From a virus (taxonomy: Duplodnaviria; Caudoviricetes): a stretch of 64,000 nucleotides of DNA. The notes under the pieces were generated by a model, which was not told the origin of the DNA, did no database searches, and saw only the letters and a list, made by a program, of their open reading frames with translations. A program made the position numbers and the translations under genes. Shown piece after piece: positions 37,826 to 47,526 of this stretch; the stretch's first letter is position 1; every line of letters starts with the position of its first letter. The stretch spans positions 6,919 to 70,918 of IMG/VR virus record IMGVR_UViG_3300002026_000146. The stretch is one strand, 5' to 3'.

Positions 37826-37947
37826 ACACACAGGCAGACCACCACTGGGTGGCTGCCGCTGTTTCCTTTTTGGTCAGGTGACCAACACATGATTTGTCCT
37901 CACTCACCTTTATGGGCCGCTATAGAAACAATAGCGAAAAAGTAACA

Positions 37948-38076
37948 CCCCCCCCCCCCCGTGTAAGTGTAATAAATATAGTATAAAAGATAGAGTTTCA
38001 GAGGAGAAATGGCAAATTTTTGTGCTTACACACTTACAGAGGTGAACACCTCTAAAATGTCCGTCTAATCATCTAA
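37948..38076. other. Candidate replication origin: C13 tract, AT-rich core, inverted repeats
   Basis: C13 at 37948-37960; TGTAAGTGT (37962-37970) and ACACTTACA (38030-38038); upstream of the primase. Confidence 0.4.
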
Positions 38077-38086
38077 AGGCATTACC

Positions 38087-40531
38087 ATGCAGCTAACTTT
38101 CCTGAACGCTTCTGTTCCACTCACAAAGTCATACAACAAGCTCCCTGACGGAACCGTTGAAAAAACGTCTTATCCGAATGTGTGGGAGGTCTCAAGCATC
38201 AGTGAAGACGTGACTGATCTGCCCGGTTTCATGGCTGCAATCACTAAGCACGCAAAGCTCGGCAACTGTCTGCTAAAGGGCAATGTGCTCAGGCCATTGA
38301 TCAAAGAGTCACGCAAAGATTCAACTGATCGCAACGCAACAACTGAATTCCTCTGCCTCGACATCGACGGCATCGATCCCAACTACAGCTACACCGTTGA
38401 GCAAGCAGACCCTGCCACTGGTGCCAAGACCCAAGTCACGCAGACAGCAGTGCTCACTGTTGAGACCGTCCTCAATTCCATCGGGTTGAAAGATGTCTCG
38501 TACATCCTGCAATGGTCAGGCTCTATGGGCATCTCCAACAACTCACTGCGCTGCCACGTGTTCGTCATGTTGTCCAAAGCGATGAGTGCTCCGCTCATCA
38601 AGCAATGGCTGATACAAAAGAACCATGAGTCAGCGATCCTTCGCTCTCACCAGAAGCTCACCAAGACTGGCAACTCTTTACTCTGGGGCCTGGACATCAC
38701 AGCATGCCAGGCCGACAAACTTATCTACATCTCTGACCCTGTCTTGAAGGGGATTAGAAACCCGCTTGGAAAGCAACCCCGCGTCAGCCTGGTGAAGAAA
38801 GCACAAGACACATTCGACCTCAACTGCAAGATCAACGGCACAGATCAGAACCGAGCGTTGACAGACGCTCGTGTGCTTGAACTCCGTGATCAAGATGGGT
38901 TGCCCAAACGCAAACTCACCTACAAGATCGTCGGCCCACATGAGGTGCTAGTCAAACCAGGCGAGTGCATCGCAACCGAGATGAAGATAGACAGAGGGTT
39001 CGTCTACTTCAACATCAATGGTGGGGACAGCTGGGCCTACTACCACCCGGAAAATAATCCCGACTACATCTTCAATTTCAAGGGCGAGCCGGTCTACTTG
39101 ACCAAGGAACTCCTCCCCGCATATTGGGAGTCTCTTCAAACACAGGCGTACCGCGTCACATCCACTGGCCTGATTCATCTGGCCTTCCTTGAGCGCTTCA
39201 CCAGTACCTACTACCGTGGTACCTACGACCCGGATGCAGATGTCCTCGATATCCTTCCTGCCAAGAACGAATCAATGGTTCGTCAGTACGCAGATGCGAA
39301 TGGTTTGCGTTTAGGAAACAACATCCCTGAATGGACGATGTCCTTCAACCCGGATGATGCAGTCAGGGTTGATTTCGACAACCGCACAGTCAACACATTC
39401 GAGCGCACTGTCTACATGAAGGAACAAATCAAGAAAGTCACCAAATGCCCGCCAAAGATTTTCTCCATCATCAGTCATATCCTGGCCGACGACATCGAGG
39501 CAATCGAGCACTTTATGAACTGGGTGGCCTGCATCGCTCAGAACCGTACCCGTACCCGCACAGCATGGGTATTCCAGGGCACACAAGGCACCGGCAAGGG
39601 CATCCTTTTTGAGCGTGTGTTGGCACCCCTATTCGGGGTCAATCAGACGGTTATGAAGCGTTCTAGTGAGCTAAATGAGAAGTGGACTGACTTCGTGGAA
39701 GGTAAGTTCATTGTCTTCATTGACGAGATACAAACCAGCGCTTTGCAGGATGAATCAGGAGCCATCGCCACCATGAAGAACCTGATCACCAATGCGACAG
39801 CAATGATCAGATCGATGATGAAAAACTCCTACCCGGTGAATAATTTCACGAATTGGATATTCGCAAGCAACAAGGCAGACCCCGTCAACATCCCCAAGAA
39901 CGATCGCCGGTTTAATGTGGGGCCATACCAGGCACTACCCTTCCCTAAACCAACTGACGAATGGCTCGACTCGATAGAAGATGAACTTCAGTCATTCCAT
40001 AGCTACCTCATGGGCTACGCAGTGGATAAGGAAGCAGCAGCCACTCCGCTAGACAATGCAGCCAGGACGACCCTGATTGCGCTGTCTCAAACGACTGCTG
40101 AATCCACCGCCTTTGCACTCATCGAAGGCGATCTGCCCTACTTCATCGATCAGTTACCGACTGACGATAAATATAAAACAGACATGCAGAAGTTGGCCAA
40201 AGTATCCGGGTATCGAAGAACTCTCTACGACATTCTCGTCAGAACCAAACCAGATGGTACATGCAATGTCTCAAGAGATGAGCTGTTCACTATCTTCGAC
40301 TACACAGTCGGAGGTATGAACCCAAGCCCGACATCCTTCTCGAAGTACCTGGGTCATCGTCAGATCGAGATCAAGCCGGTAAGCATTGCACAAAAGATCG
40401 TGCGCGGCATCCAGACGACATGGAAAAACCCGATCACGATAGCGAGCCTGATCAAGACTCACTTCAATGACATGTCGACCAAACCCGCCACACAGTCACA
40501 GCCTGTGAGCAACGTACGAAAGATACGATGA
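38087..40531 (+). CDS. Primase-helicase (prim-pol-like N-terminus, SF3-type helicase)
   Basis: LCLDIDG; GTQGTGKG Walker A; VFIDE Walker B; WIFASN; DRRF. Confidence 0.85.
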   Translation: MQLTFLNASVPLTKSYNKLPDGTVEKTSYPNVWEVSSISEDVTDLPGFMAAITKHAKLGNCLLKGNVLRPLIKESRKDSTDRNATTEFLCLDIDGIDPNYSYTVEQADPATGAKTQVTQTAVLTVETVLNSIGLKDVSYILQWSGSMGISNNSLRCHVFVMLSKAMSAPLIKQWLIQKNHESAILRSHQKLTKTGNSLLWGLDITACQADKLIYISDPVLKGIRNPLGKQPRVSLVKKAQDTFDLNCKINGTDQNRALTDARVLELRDQDGLPKRKLTYKIVGPHEVLVKPGECIATEMKIDRGFVYFNINGGDSWAYYHPENNPDYIFNFKGEPVYLTKELLPAYWESLQTQAYRVTSTGLIHLAFLERFTSTYYRGTYDPDADVLDILPAKNESMVRQYADANGLRLGNNIPEWTMSFNPDDAVRVDFDNRTVNTFERTVYMKEQIKKVTKCPPKIFSIISHILADDIEAIEHFMNWVACIAQNRTRTRTAWVFQGTQGTGKGILFERVLAPLFGVNQTVMKRSSELNEKWTDFVEGKFIVFIDEIQTSALQDESGAIATMKNLITNATAMIRSMMKNSYPVNNFTNWIFASNKADPVNIPKNDRRFNVGPYQALPFPKPTDEWLDSIEDELQSFHSYLMGYAVDKEAAATPLDNAARTTLIALSQTTAESTAFALIEGDLPYFIDQLPTDDKYKTDMQKLAKVSGYRRTLYDILVRTKPDGTCNVSRDELFTIFDYTVGGMNPSPTSFSKYLGHRQIEIKPVSIAQKIVRGIQTTWKNPITIASLIKTHFNDMSTKPATQSQPVSNVRKIR

Positions 40532-40570
40532 CCTTCGCCAAATCAATAGCTACTTTCAATTAGCCCTTGA

Positions 40571-40588
40571 TCTAACATCTCACTAAGA
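40571..40588 (+). promoter_or_regulatory. 18-bp motif copy
   Basis: TCTAACATCTCACTAAGA, 10 nt before ATG 40599. Confidence 0.6.
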
Positions 40589-40598
40589 TCGCACAACG

Positions 40599-40850
40599 AT
40601 GTCTAACCTAAACCCCCACCCGGCTTCAATAGCCGCCAAGACAGAGCGCATTCTTCGGATGCGCGAGTCTCAATACAACTCCCCCAATCCAGCTCCTTAC
40701 ACCACAGAGGTGTACGCCAAACCTCACACCCAGGAAGCTGCATGGTGGAAACACACCAGCTACAAAACAGGCGACGGTGATCACACGAACCAGCCCATGC
40801 GCCCAGGCAGTGATCACAGTCATCTCAAATCACTCGGGAACCTGACATGA
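40599..40850 (+). CDS. Hypothetical protein
   Basis: 83 aa; coupled to the next ORF. Confidence 0.55.
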   Translation: MSNLNPHPASIAAKTERILRMRESQYNSPNPAPYTTEVYAKPHTQEAAWWKHTSYKTGDGDHTNQPMRPGSDHSHLKSLGNLT

Positions 40851-41068
40851 ACCTCAAACAAGACAACACCAAATTTATGACCGTAAAAGAAGCAATCGAC
40901 GGCGTCATAGATGCTGCTCCTGACTATCACGATGGTCAGCTCGAAGCGATGGGAGCCAAGGTCCGCGTGCTGACCCGATTCGTCGGCGCAGCGATACAAC
41001 AGCTCACACCTGAACAGGTGCTCGCCATCATGAACGATGTGTCGTATGGCTGGACGGAGGCGGAATGA
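40847..41068 (+). CDS. Hypothetical protein
   Basis: 73 aa; ATGA overlaps. Confidence 0.55.
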   Translation: MNLKQDNTKFMTVKEAIDGVIDAAPDYHDGQLEAMGAKVRVLTRFVGAAIQQLTPEQVLAIMNDVSYGWTEAE

Positions 41069-41229
41069 AATCCTCTTACAAACGCTACACCCTGGTCGGC
41101 CCAGGCGGCATGAGCTGCCCGTGCTGTGCTCCTATGTCCGGCAACAAGTACGCAGCCCGTGCTCGTGTGCTGATGAAACGCCAGGCCAAACGCCGTGAGG
41201 CTCGGGAGATCGCACGTGGACACGACTGA
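41065..41229 (+). CDS. Small basic protein with CPCC, 54 aa
   Basis: Manual translation MKSSYKRYTLVGPGGMSCPCCAP...; not in track. Confidence 0.5.
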   Translation: MKSSYKRYTLVGPGGMSCPCCAPMSGNKYAARARVLMKRQAKRREAREIARGHD

Positions 41230-41389
41230 TCTACCTACCAAACAGGAACTCAAAGTCATGGCGCACAAAATGAAGCAAGAAACCGGGAAGCAGATCGGTC
41301 ACTGCTACGAACAGATAGCCAAGACTTATGGATTCAAAACCTATGCATCCATGATTGGGTTCAAGAAGGCACTCAATGAACTGGCTTAA
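41195..41389 (+). CDS. Small helical protein resembling the so-called glyoxalase-superfamily N-terminal domain
   Basis: LPTKQELKVMAHKM...HCYEQIAKTYGFKTY; start uncertain. Confidence 0.45.
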   Translation: MRLGRSHVDTTDLPTKQELKVMAHKMKQETGKQIGHCYEQIAKTYGFKTYASMIGFKKALNELA

Positions 41390-41564
41390 ACACTTATTCA
41401 CCCGGCCCTCCCTGCTGCAGGTGGCAGCCAAAGAACTGGCCGAAGCTGAACATAGCCTGCTCATCGCTCACTCCGGTATCGAGTGGGCGCAGTCCAGTGC
41501 CGACTACAACCAGGCACGAATAACCCGCCTACGGGCATACATCAGTGAAGGAACTACGTCATGA
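41376..41564 (+). CDS. Hypothetical protein
   Basis: Start MNWLKHLF. Confidence 0.55.
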   Translation: MNWLKHLFTRPSLLQVAAKELAEAEHSLLIAHSGIEWAQSSADYNQARITRLRAYISEGTTS

Positions 41565-41863
41565 CACAAGGTGAAGCATTTACCATCCTCGCCCGCCTGC
41601 GTAAAGCAGGTTTTTTTACGATCTTGTGGACTCCAGAGGAAGTCGAAGGCGTCTCCGCCGACGATCTCAACAACATCGAAGAACGACTGATCACGGCGGG
41701 CAACGACCTGATCGCTGACTACACCACCACGCTCGACGAAGCGCCCATGTGCGCCACGTGCAACGGCAGTGGTGAGGGCATGTATGACGGATCAAGCTGC
41801 CGCAGCTGCGGTGGCAAAGGTATCGAACAATCAACCACGGAGAAAGAGTATGAAGAAGCATAA
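41561..41863 (+). CDS. Protein with a DnaJ-type zinc finger
   Basis: CATCNGSG...CRSCGGKG. Confidence 0.65.
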   Translation: MTQGEAFTILARLRKAGFFTILWTPEEVEGVSADDLNNIEERLITAGNDLIADYTTTLDEAPMCATCNGSGEGMYDGSSCRSCGGKGIEQSTTEKEYEEA

Positions 41864-41996
41864 CCAAGAGTCCCTGCGCTGGGTCGAAGATTTCGATCCC
41901 CTGATCCACGCCGAGGACATGCGCACCGCTGTGTTCATCGTTGTCGGAATCCTCGTAGCCATCGCAGTGATTGCCATCGTTGGGTACATATCGTGA
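41850..41996 (+). CDS. Small membrane protein
   Basis: C-terminal hydrophobic helix. Confidence 0.5.
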   Translation: MKKHNQESLRWVEDFDPLIHAEDMRTAVFIVVGILVAIAVIAIVGYIS

Positions 41997-42217
41997 AAGT
42001 CGGTGAACTCATCGACCTCCTCAAAGACTGCGATCCCGACCTGATGGTCGTGGTTGACGGTTACGAGGCGGGCCTCACTGAGTTGAGCCACATCAACCAT
42101 GCCAGGCTTCAGCTTAACGCTCCCGAGAACAAGGCTTGGTACTACGGCCCACATGAACATATGGACGACGAAATTCCTGGCGGCACATGCGCCGTGTACT
42201 TACCAAGGGGAAGATGA
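41993..42217 (+). CDS. Phage hypothetical protein
   Basis: MKVGELIDLLKDCDPDLMVVVDGYE. Confidence 0.6.
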   Translation: MKVGELIDLLKDCDPDLMVVVDGYEAGLTELSHINHARLQLNAPENKAWYYGPHEHMDDEIPGGTCAVYLPRGR

Positions 42218-42438
42218 TGGCCTTGCCTAAACCAAACAAAGACGGCACCTGCACGAACTGCGACATCAGCGACTTCGTGCTCGCCAAGGACATGACGCAT
42301 TACAGCCCATGCCGCTTCGACGAAGACCGCAACTTCGTCCCGTCCTACGGCCATCCTCGTCCTAGTGACCACGACAACGCAGTGCGCTTCTTCTGTGCCA
42401 ATTGCGGCACACCACATCAGGTACCGGAGGGACTATGA
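42214..42438 (+). CDS. Zinc-ribbon protein
   Basis: CTNC...CANC. Confidence 0.55.
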   Translation: MMALPKPNKDGTCTNCDISDFVLAKDMTHYSPCRFDEDRNFVPSYGHPRPSDHDNAVRFFCANCGTPHQVPEGL

Positions 42439-42629
42439 ACTTCACAGGGAAGAACTTGGCCATCGTGCGCGAAGCGTTGAGCCTCGCGCTCGATGAGCTG
42501 CACAACCAAGCAGCGACCTGTCCAGACGCAATCATGTACGCCGACGATCTGGAAGAGATCGAGCACAAGCGCATACAGGTCAAGAACCTGCTCATGCGCG
42601 TCAATGCGAAGCAACCGGAGGGACTATGA
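42435..42629 (+). CDS. Hypothetical protein
   Basis: GGAGG RBS. Confidence 0.55.
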   Translation: MNFTGKNLAIVREALSLALDELHNQAATCPDAIMYADDLEEIEHKRIQVKNLLMRVNAKQPEGL

Positions 42630-42814
42630 ACAACGATTCTCGTTTCAAGTTACCACCCAAAAAGTTTAAGGTCGTGGTACGTCGTTCTTCCTACATCACC
42701 TACGAGATAGAAGACTCCCGGGCCGAGGAGGCCCACTACACAGCACTCGATCAAGCTGTCGAAGACTACGGCGGCAATGCTGACTATGAAATCACCCACA
42801 TGGAGGTAGCATGA
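42626..42814 (+). CDS. Hypothetical protein
   Basis: GGAGG RBS. Confidence 0.55.
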   Translation: MNNDSRFKLPPKKFKVVVRRSSYITYEIEDSRAEEAHYTALDQAVEDYGGNADYEITHMEVA

Positions 42815-43308
42815 TTCAGTCATCGTTCGTTGGGGGCATAAACCCCTTCATCAAACATCGGCCAGAACCCAAGTGCGTAATCGTCACCGACGCACCTCAG
42901 TCGATCAAACACGTGACCAACCGCAAGGTTGAAACACTGGCCTTCATCAAGAACAATCCCGGCGCGACGGTTGCACAGCTCAAGCCGCTGCTGCAGATGG
43001 AGGACAGAGGCATAGGCCGAATCCTTCGTAGCCTGCGCCTGCGTGGCCGGATCACCCGTGTTGCAGAAGATGGTGTGTGGCAGCACTACATCGTTAACGA
43101 TGCGCTGCTGTCGCTGATTGATCAACACAAACAGATACTGATCAACGCCTTGGAGGAACAACCAGGGATGATGCTCACGAGGCTGGCCGAGCGGTGTGGC
43201 CGCACACCCAACGGCACGCAGTCGCTGTTGGTGAGCCTGATCAAGTCAGGTCTGGTGAAACGCAGCTGGTCAGCAGATCAGCGTTGGTTCTACGAGATGG
43301 TGCCATGA
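42811..43308 (+). CDS. Tandem winged-helix DNA-binding protein
   Basis: Two repeats: NNPGATVAQL...L.LRGRI and EQPGMMLTRL...LIKSGLV. Confidence 0.6.
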   Translation: MIQSSFVGGINPFIKHRPEPKCVIVTDAPQSIKHVTNRKVETLAFIKNNPGATVAQLKPLLQMEDRGIGRILRSLRLRGRITRVAEDGVWQHYIVNDALLSLIDQHKQILINALEEQPGMMLTRLAERCGRTPNGTQSLLVSLIKSGLVKRSWSADQRWFYEMVP

Positions 43309-43393
43309 AGCGCATCCGCATTGCCGTAGTGACGGCCATCCTCGCGCCAGCTGCCTTGTATCTGGCGTTCGAGCACTTTTTCAGGAGTCGGAA

Positions 43394-43600
43394 ATGAATA
43401 TCAAACAAGACATGACAGCAGACGACCTCATGGTCGCTGTGGACTACTACGCCGACGAAGTCTTGAGAGACTACGTCAACGCTACGTCGGGCAACGCCAC
43501 ACGAGCACGAGCGATGGTGGTGACTGGGGTTATCCGCCTGTTCGAAAAGCTGGGGCCTCAACCCATGCGGCAAGAACCGGGGATTGGGTGGCTGACGTGA
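43394..43600 (+). CDS. Hypothetical protein
   Basis: AGGAG RBS. Confidence 0.5.
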   Translation: MNIKQDMTADDLMVAVDYYADEVLRDYVNATSGNATRARAMVVTGVIRLFEKLGPQPMRQEPGIGWLT

Positions 43601-43788
43601 GTGAGCTGAAGGAGCTAGCACTGAGCGTGCTCTACGACTCGCGAGAGTTCTGCACTGATCCTGATTGTCTGTGTCAAGAAGTCAAGCTGGCGTATATGGA
43701 AGCAGCTTCGCCGGAAACAATCCTCGGGCTGATTGAGGAGAACGAACAGCTCCGTGCGAAGCTGGCAACACTGGAGCGAACGACATGA
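43588..43788 (+). CDS. Ead/Ea22-like hypothetical protein
   Basis: AASPETILGLIEENEQLR motif. Confidence 0.5.
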   Translation: MADVSELKELALSVLYDSREFCTDPDCLCQEVKLAYMEAASPETILGLIEENEQLRAKLATLERTT

Positions 43789-43937
43789 AACTCGAACTAA
43801 CCGGACACCTACGTTTTGTCAGGCGTGGGAGCTTTCGCATCCTGCAGCAACAGTGGGGCTACAGAAACAACTGGGCTTGGTCACAACTCGTTTGGAAAGA
43901 CGTGCCTGAAGGTGTGGAGGAACCGGAGCCATCATGA
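43785..43937 (+). CDS. Hypothetical protein, 50 aa
   Basis: Manual translation ...ILQQQW...WKDVP; ATGA overlaps. Confidence 0.5.
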   Translation: MKLELTGHLRFVRRGSFRILQQQWGYRNNWAWSQLVWKDVPEGVEEPEPS

Positions 43938-44146
43938 CCCACACCATCAACCAGACCCAAGCCGTAGCAGTGGCCAATGAGGTCTACCTGCAAGAGATGG
44001 GCACCTGCCCAACAGGCGTCAAAGTCCAGTTGCTCAACCCCGGAGGAGTGCTCGTCTACGGCTCCTATGACGGTAAGAGCACCGACTGGCAAGCGTGGGC
44101 ACCACTGCCACGCAAGAAACCTTTTCATCAACCGTCTAACAACTAA
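43934..44146 (+). CDS. Phage hypothetical protein
   Basis: CPTGVKVQLLNPGGV...WQAWAPLP. Confidence 0.6.
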   Translation: MTHTINQTQAVAVANEVYLQEMGTCPTGVKVQLLNPGGVLVYGSYDGKSTDWQAWAPLPRKKPFHQPSNN

Positions 44147-44152
44147 CTTAGA
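44135..44152 (+). promoter_or_regulatory. 18-bp motif copy upstream of the MoxR cluster
   Basis: TCTAACAACTAACTTAGA, 17/18 match. Confidence 0.6.
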
Positions 44153-44173
44153 CAAATCTTTGGAGCTAACGCC

Positions 44174-44314
44174 ATGAAGAAGAGAATCCGCCAACAGCGC
44201 GCATACGACCGGTTCGGTTTCGACCCGGCCAAGATCAACGCCGATCCGACGTACATGCCCCGCAAGCTCACTGAGCTTGAGGCCCTGAAACGTGCACTGG
44301 GAGCATCAGTATGA
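44174..44314 (+). CDS. Hypothetical protein, 46 aa
   Basis: Manual translation; overlaps the MoxR start. Confidence 0.45.
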   Translation: MKKRIRQQRAYDRFGFDPAKINADPTYMPRKLTELEALKRALGASV

Positions 44315-45297
44315 AGCCGTCAGACATTCGAACCAGCCTGCCCAAGCAGCTCGATGACGACATCGGTATCTTCCTCTGGGGACCACCCGGAGTTGGAAAG
44401 TCCGACATCGTGCGCACCATCGCCGAAGACAACAAGTACGAGCTGCGCGACGTGCGCCTGTCTTTGATGGACCCCATCGACCTGAAGGGCTTCCCTACGC
44501 TCGATCAGGTGAAGAAACAGATGCAGTGGCTGCCTGCGAACTTTCTGCCCAAGAAGGGCAAGGGCATCTTGTTCCTCGACGAGATGAATGCGGCACCTCA
44601 GTCTGTGCAGGCAGCGGCCTACCAGCTCGTGCTCGACCGCAAGTTGGGCGACTATGAGCTGCCACCCGGCTGGAAGATCATTGCTGCGGGCAACCGCGCC
44701 GGTGACCGTGCTGTGGTTCATGCTCAGCCCTCAGCGCTGGCCAACAGGTTCATCCACGTGGACTTCGATGTGTCCAACGAGGACTGGAACGTGTGGTCGC
44801 AGGACAAGGGCATCAACTTGGATGTGCGCAGCTATATGCGGGCCTTTCCGAGCCACCTGCACTGCTTCGATGCAGCCTCGAACCCACGGGCGTTCCCGAC
44901 ACCTCGCAGCTGGAGCTTCGTTGACAAGATCGTCAAGAAGAACCACGCGCCGCACATCGAGATGGAGTACATCCGTGGAACCATCGGTCAAGGCGTTGCT
45001 GATCAGTTCTTGATTCACCGCAAGAACTTGCACGGCATGCCTACGGTTGAGCAGATTCTGCTCGATCCAGATGGTGCCAAGCTGCCAGCGAACACCTCGG
45101 CTCAGTATGCGGTAAGCGAGGCGCTGCATCCGAAGGTCACGACAAACAACATCGGTCGCGTCATGACATACATGACAAGACTCCCTGTTGAATTTCAAGC
45201 GATCTTCGTGCGCAGTGCGATCCGCCGCGACGAGAAGCTGACCGGTACTAAGGAATATATGAACTGGTGCCTCAAGAACCAGTCCATGCTGGCGTAA
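44311..45297 (+). CDS. MoxR-type AAA+ ATPase
   Basis: GPPGVGKS, ILFLDEMN, AAGNR, ALANRF, TPRSW. Confidence 0.85.
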   Translation: MKPSDIRTSLPKQLDDDIGIFLWGPPGVGKSDIVRTIAEDNKYELRDVRLSLMDPIDLKGFPTLDQVKKQMQWLPANFLPKKGKGILFLDEMNAAPQSVQAAAYQLVLDRKLGDYELPPGWKIIAAGNRAGDRAVVHAQPSALANRFIHVDFDVSNEDWNVWSQDKGINLDVRSYMRAFPSHLHCFDAASNPRAFPTPRSWSFVDKIVKKNHAPHIEMEYIRGTIGQGVADQFLIHRKNLHGMPTVEQILLDPDGAKLPANTSAQYAVSEALHPKVTTNNIGRVMTYMTRLPVEFQAIFVRSAIRRDEKLTGTKEYMNWCLKNQSMLA

Positions 45298-45527
45298 TGT
45301 TCTCCACACCAGCCAAGAAACGGGTTCAGCTTTACAACAACGCTGTTGCAAATCTGAAAGAGATGGAGGAGAACATGCTCAAGCTCCTCCGTCATCCTGA
45401 AGCGACTGCTGCACATATCGAACGTGCGCGTGAGGCATACGTGCACGTTCAACGCAGCATGCTGGACGTCAGACACATGCTGCAGAACAGACACCGCGAG
45501 TCTTATTTCCCATGGAACAAAAACTAA
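45297..45527 (+). CDS. Coiled-coil hypothetical protein
   Basis: Start MFSTPA. Confidence 0.55.
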   Translation: MFSTPAKKRVQLYNNAVANLKEMEENMLKLLRHPEATAAHIERAREAYVHVQRSMLDVRHMLQNRHRESYFPWNKN

Positions 45528-45712
45528 ACGCCCGCCAGCGGCGCAAGAAGTCAATTCATGAGCTGCACGCCATGAAGATGATGACTGCGCGGCTGTTGGG
45601 TGCCAGCTCGTTTGATCTCGCCCTGTTCGGCGGGATCAAGAGCCGCAACAACATCCATCAGCTGCAGAAGCTCATCAACAGAATCACGGGGGTAAAGAAT
45701 GAATGCACATAA
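45512..45712 (+). CDS. Hypothetical protein
   Basis: 66 aa. Confidence 0.5.
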   Translation: MEQKLNARQRRKKSIHELHAMKMMTARLLGASSFDLALFGGIKSRNNIHQLQKLINRITGVKNECT

Positions 45713-45971
45713 ACTTCACGAGGCATGCCACGATGCCGTTCAGCAATGCCCTCAGTTCTGTGGTTATGACGACGACCAGATGTTCCTCGGCGGCAGCACA
45801 CCCTTCGCAAAGATTCCACGCAAGGGCATGTTCGCCGTCTACCAGTTCTGGAAAGACGACGCCCTTCTGATGGAGCACGGCTACTACAAAGCCCTGCCCG
45901 AAGAAGCCCAAGATATTTTCGAGCGTATCGAGAAAGTTATTGCAGCAGCAATCAAGAAGGAGTTCTCATGA
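45699..45971 (+). CDS. Hypothetical protein
   Basis: 90 aa. Confidence 0.55.
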   Translation: MNAHKLHEACHDAVQQCPQFCGYDDDQMFLGGSTPFAKIPRKGMFAVYQFWKDDALLMEHGYYKALPEEAQDIFERIEKVIAAAIKKEFS

Positions 45972-46792
45972 TCCAAAACCAAGCCATGCTCGCCAGCCTG
46001 TCCATCAGCAGCTGGGGCGGGCGCAAACAAGACAAGAAGGTCACGGCTGAAGTCGAGACCACCCACGGCGCACACGACGCTGGCAAATTCAACAAAGCCC
46101 TCGTTAACAAGGGCCTGCTCGAACCCATCAACAAGATCATCGGACGTGCCCGTGAAGCCCACCACCGCTTCACCCTGCCATGGACCGACGACGGTCGGCG
46201 CATCCTGCCTGGCAAGAACTTCATGCCCTGTACCACCGAGGTACGCGCATTGAAGTCGGAGTTTGACATTGCTGTGCGTACCATGGTGGGCCAGTACCCC
46301 ATCGAGGTGCAGGCTGCACGCAATCGCCTCGGGTCAATGTACGACCCCGGCGACTACCCCGATCCTGCCGACATCGCCAACAAGTACAGCTTCGAGCTGG
46401 AGTTCGAGCCGGTACCCGACGGCAACGACTTTCGTGTGGACGTGGGCAAGGAAGCCATGGCTGAGCTGCGCGACTCTGTGACCAACAAGGTTGTGCAGCG
46501 TCAAGCCAACGCCATGAAGTCCTGCTACTCCCGTCTTCGTGACGTGGTATCTAAGGTCGAAGAAAGACTGAGCGACCCGAAGGCGATTTTCAAAGACAGC
46601 CTGATCGAGAACGTGAAGGATGAATGTTCAATCATGGACGGTCTGAACATCACCAACGACAAGGACCTGACTGCTCTGGTCACAGAGATTCAGGATCAGC
46701 TGATCGTCCCACCAAGCACCCTGCGCAACAACCCAGTCACTCGTGGAAGGGTTGCCGCAGCGGCATCACAACTTCTACAGAGGATTCCGTAA
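45968..46792 (+). CDS. DUF3150-like helical protein
   Basis: LASLSISSWGGRKQDK...TLPWTDDGRRILP. Confidence 0.55.
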   Translation: MIQNQAMLASLSISSWGGRKQDKKVTAEVETTHGAHDAGKFNKALVNKGLLEPINKIIGRAREAHHRFTLPWTDDGRRILPGKNFMPCTTEVRALKSEFDIAVRTMVGQYPIEVQAARNRLGSMYDPGDYPDPADIANKYSFELEFEPVPDGNDFRVDVGKEAMAELRDSVTNKVVQRQANAMKSCYSRLRDVVSKVEERLSDPKAIFKDSLIENVKDECSIMDGLNITNDKDLTALVTEIQDQLIVPPSTLRNNPVTRGRVAAAASQLLQRIP

Positions 46793-47526
46793 TGGCATGG
46801 GCAATCGACACACGTGATCTGACGAGCATCAACTCGTTCGAGCAGGCTGAGAAGCACTGGAACGAGGAGAAGGGGTGGAAGAACCAGCACACCTCTTGGC
46901 GTCCGCTGGCCGGTCGACGCAAGGAGCACATGCACATGGTCAAGCTCAGCAGGGGCGGCTATGAGTGTGTGCTGTACGGCTCACCCATCGTCACTTACTA
47001 CCCTGAAGGCGATGCGAAGCTGACGACCTACGACACCCAATCAACCCAGATGTTCGCTTGGAAGATGAAGCCCAAAAACTGCAAACCAGTGAGCCACCAC
47101 GGCAAGATGTTCTGGCAAATCGAAACGCCCCACGGCCTGCACTACCAGCGCGAGACGACAATGATCGAACCGTCTGCGATGGACTGCACGCGTTGGACAG
47201 TGACAAACCCTGGTGTGATGGAGACCGAGTGGGCACTCGACCACAAGAAGGCCGCTGAGGTGCGCAAGATCATCAAGCCCTACAAGGACTGGTATGAGAT
47301 GACCGCCCGGCTGATGGGAAACAACCGGCATTTCACGACTAACCACTGGAACCGGGAGCGTTGTATCGAAAAGCTGCTCGACGAGCCAATGAACTTCGAA
47401 GCGTACCCAGAGATCATGGGCACTATCGGCCACCCAGACAATTTCCGCAAATACGCGTACGAACAGTACGGTGCCCGCATCAAGCAGCCCGTTCCCTATG
47501 ACAGATTACCGAAGGAGATGGCATGA
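46792..47526 (+). CDS. Hypothetical protein, Trp-rich
   Basis: Start revised to MAWAIDTRD at 46792. Confidence 0.6.
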   Translation: MAWAIDTRDLTSINSFEQAEKHWNEEKGWKNQHTSWRPLAGRRKEHMHMVKLSRGGYECVLYGSPIVTYYPEGDAKLTTYDTQSTQMFAWKMKPKNCKPVSHHGKMFWQIETPHGLHYQRETTMIEPSAMDCTRWTVTNPGVMETEWALDHKKAAEVRKIIKPYKDWYEMTARLMGNNRHFTTNHWNRERCIEKLLDEPMNFEAYPEIMGTIGHPDNFRKYAYEQYGARIKQPVPYDRLPKEMA

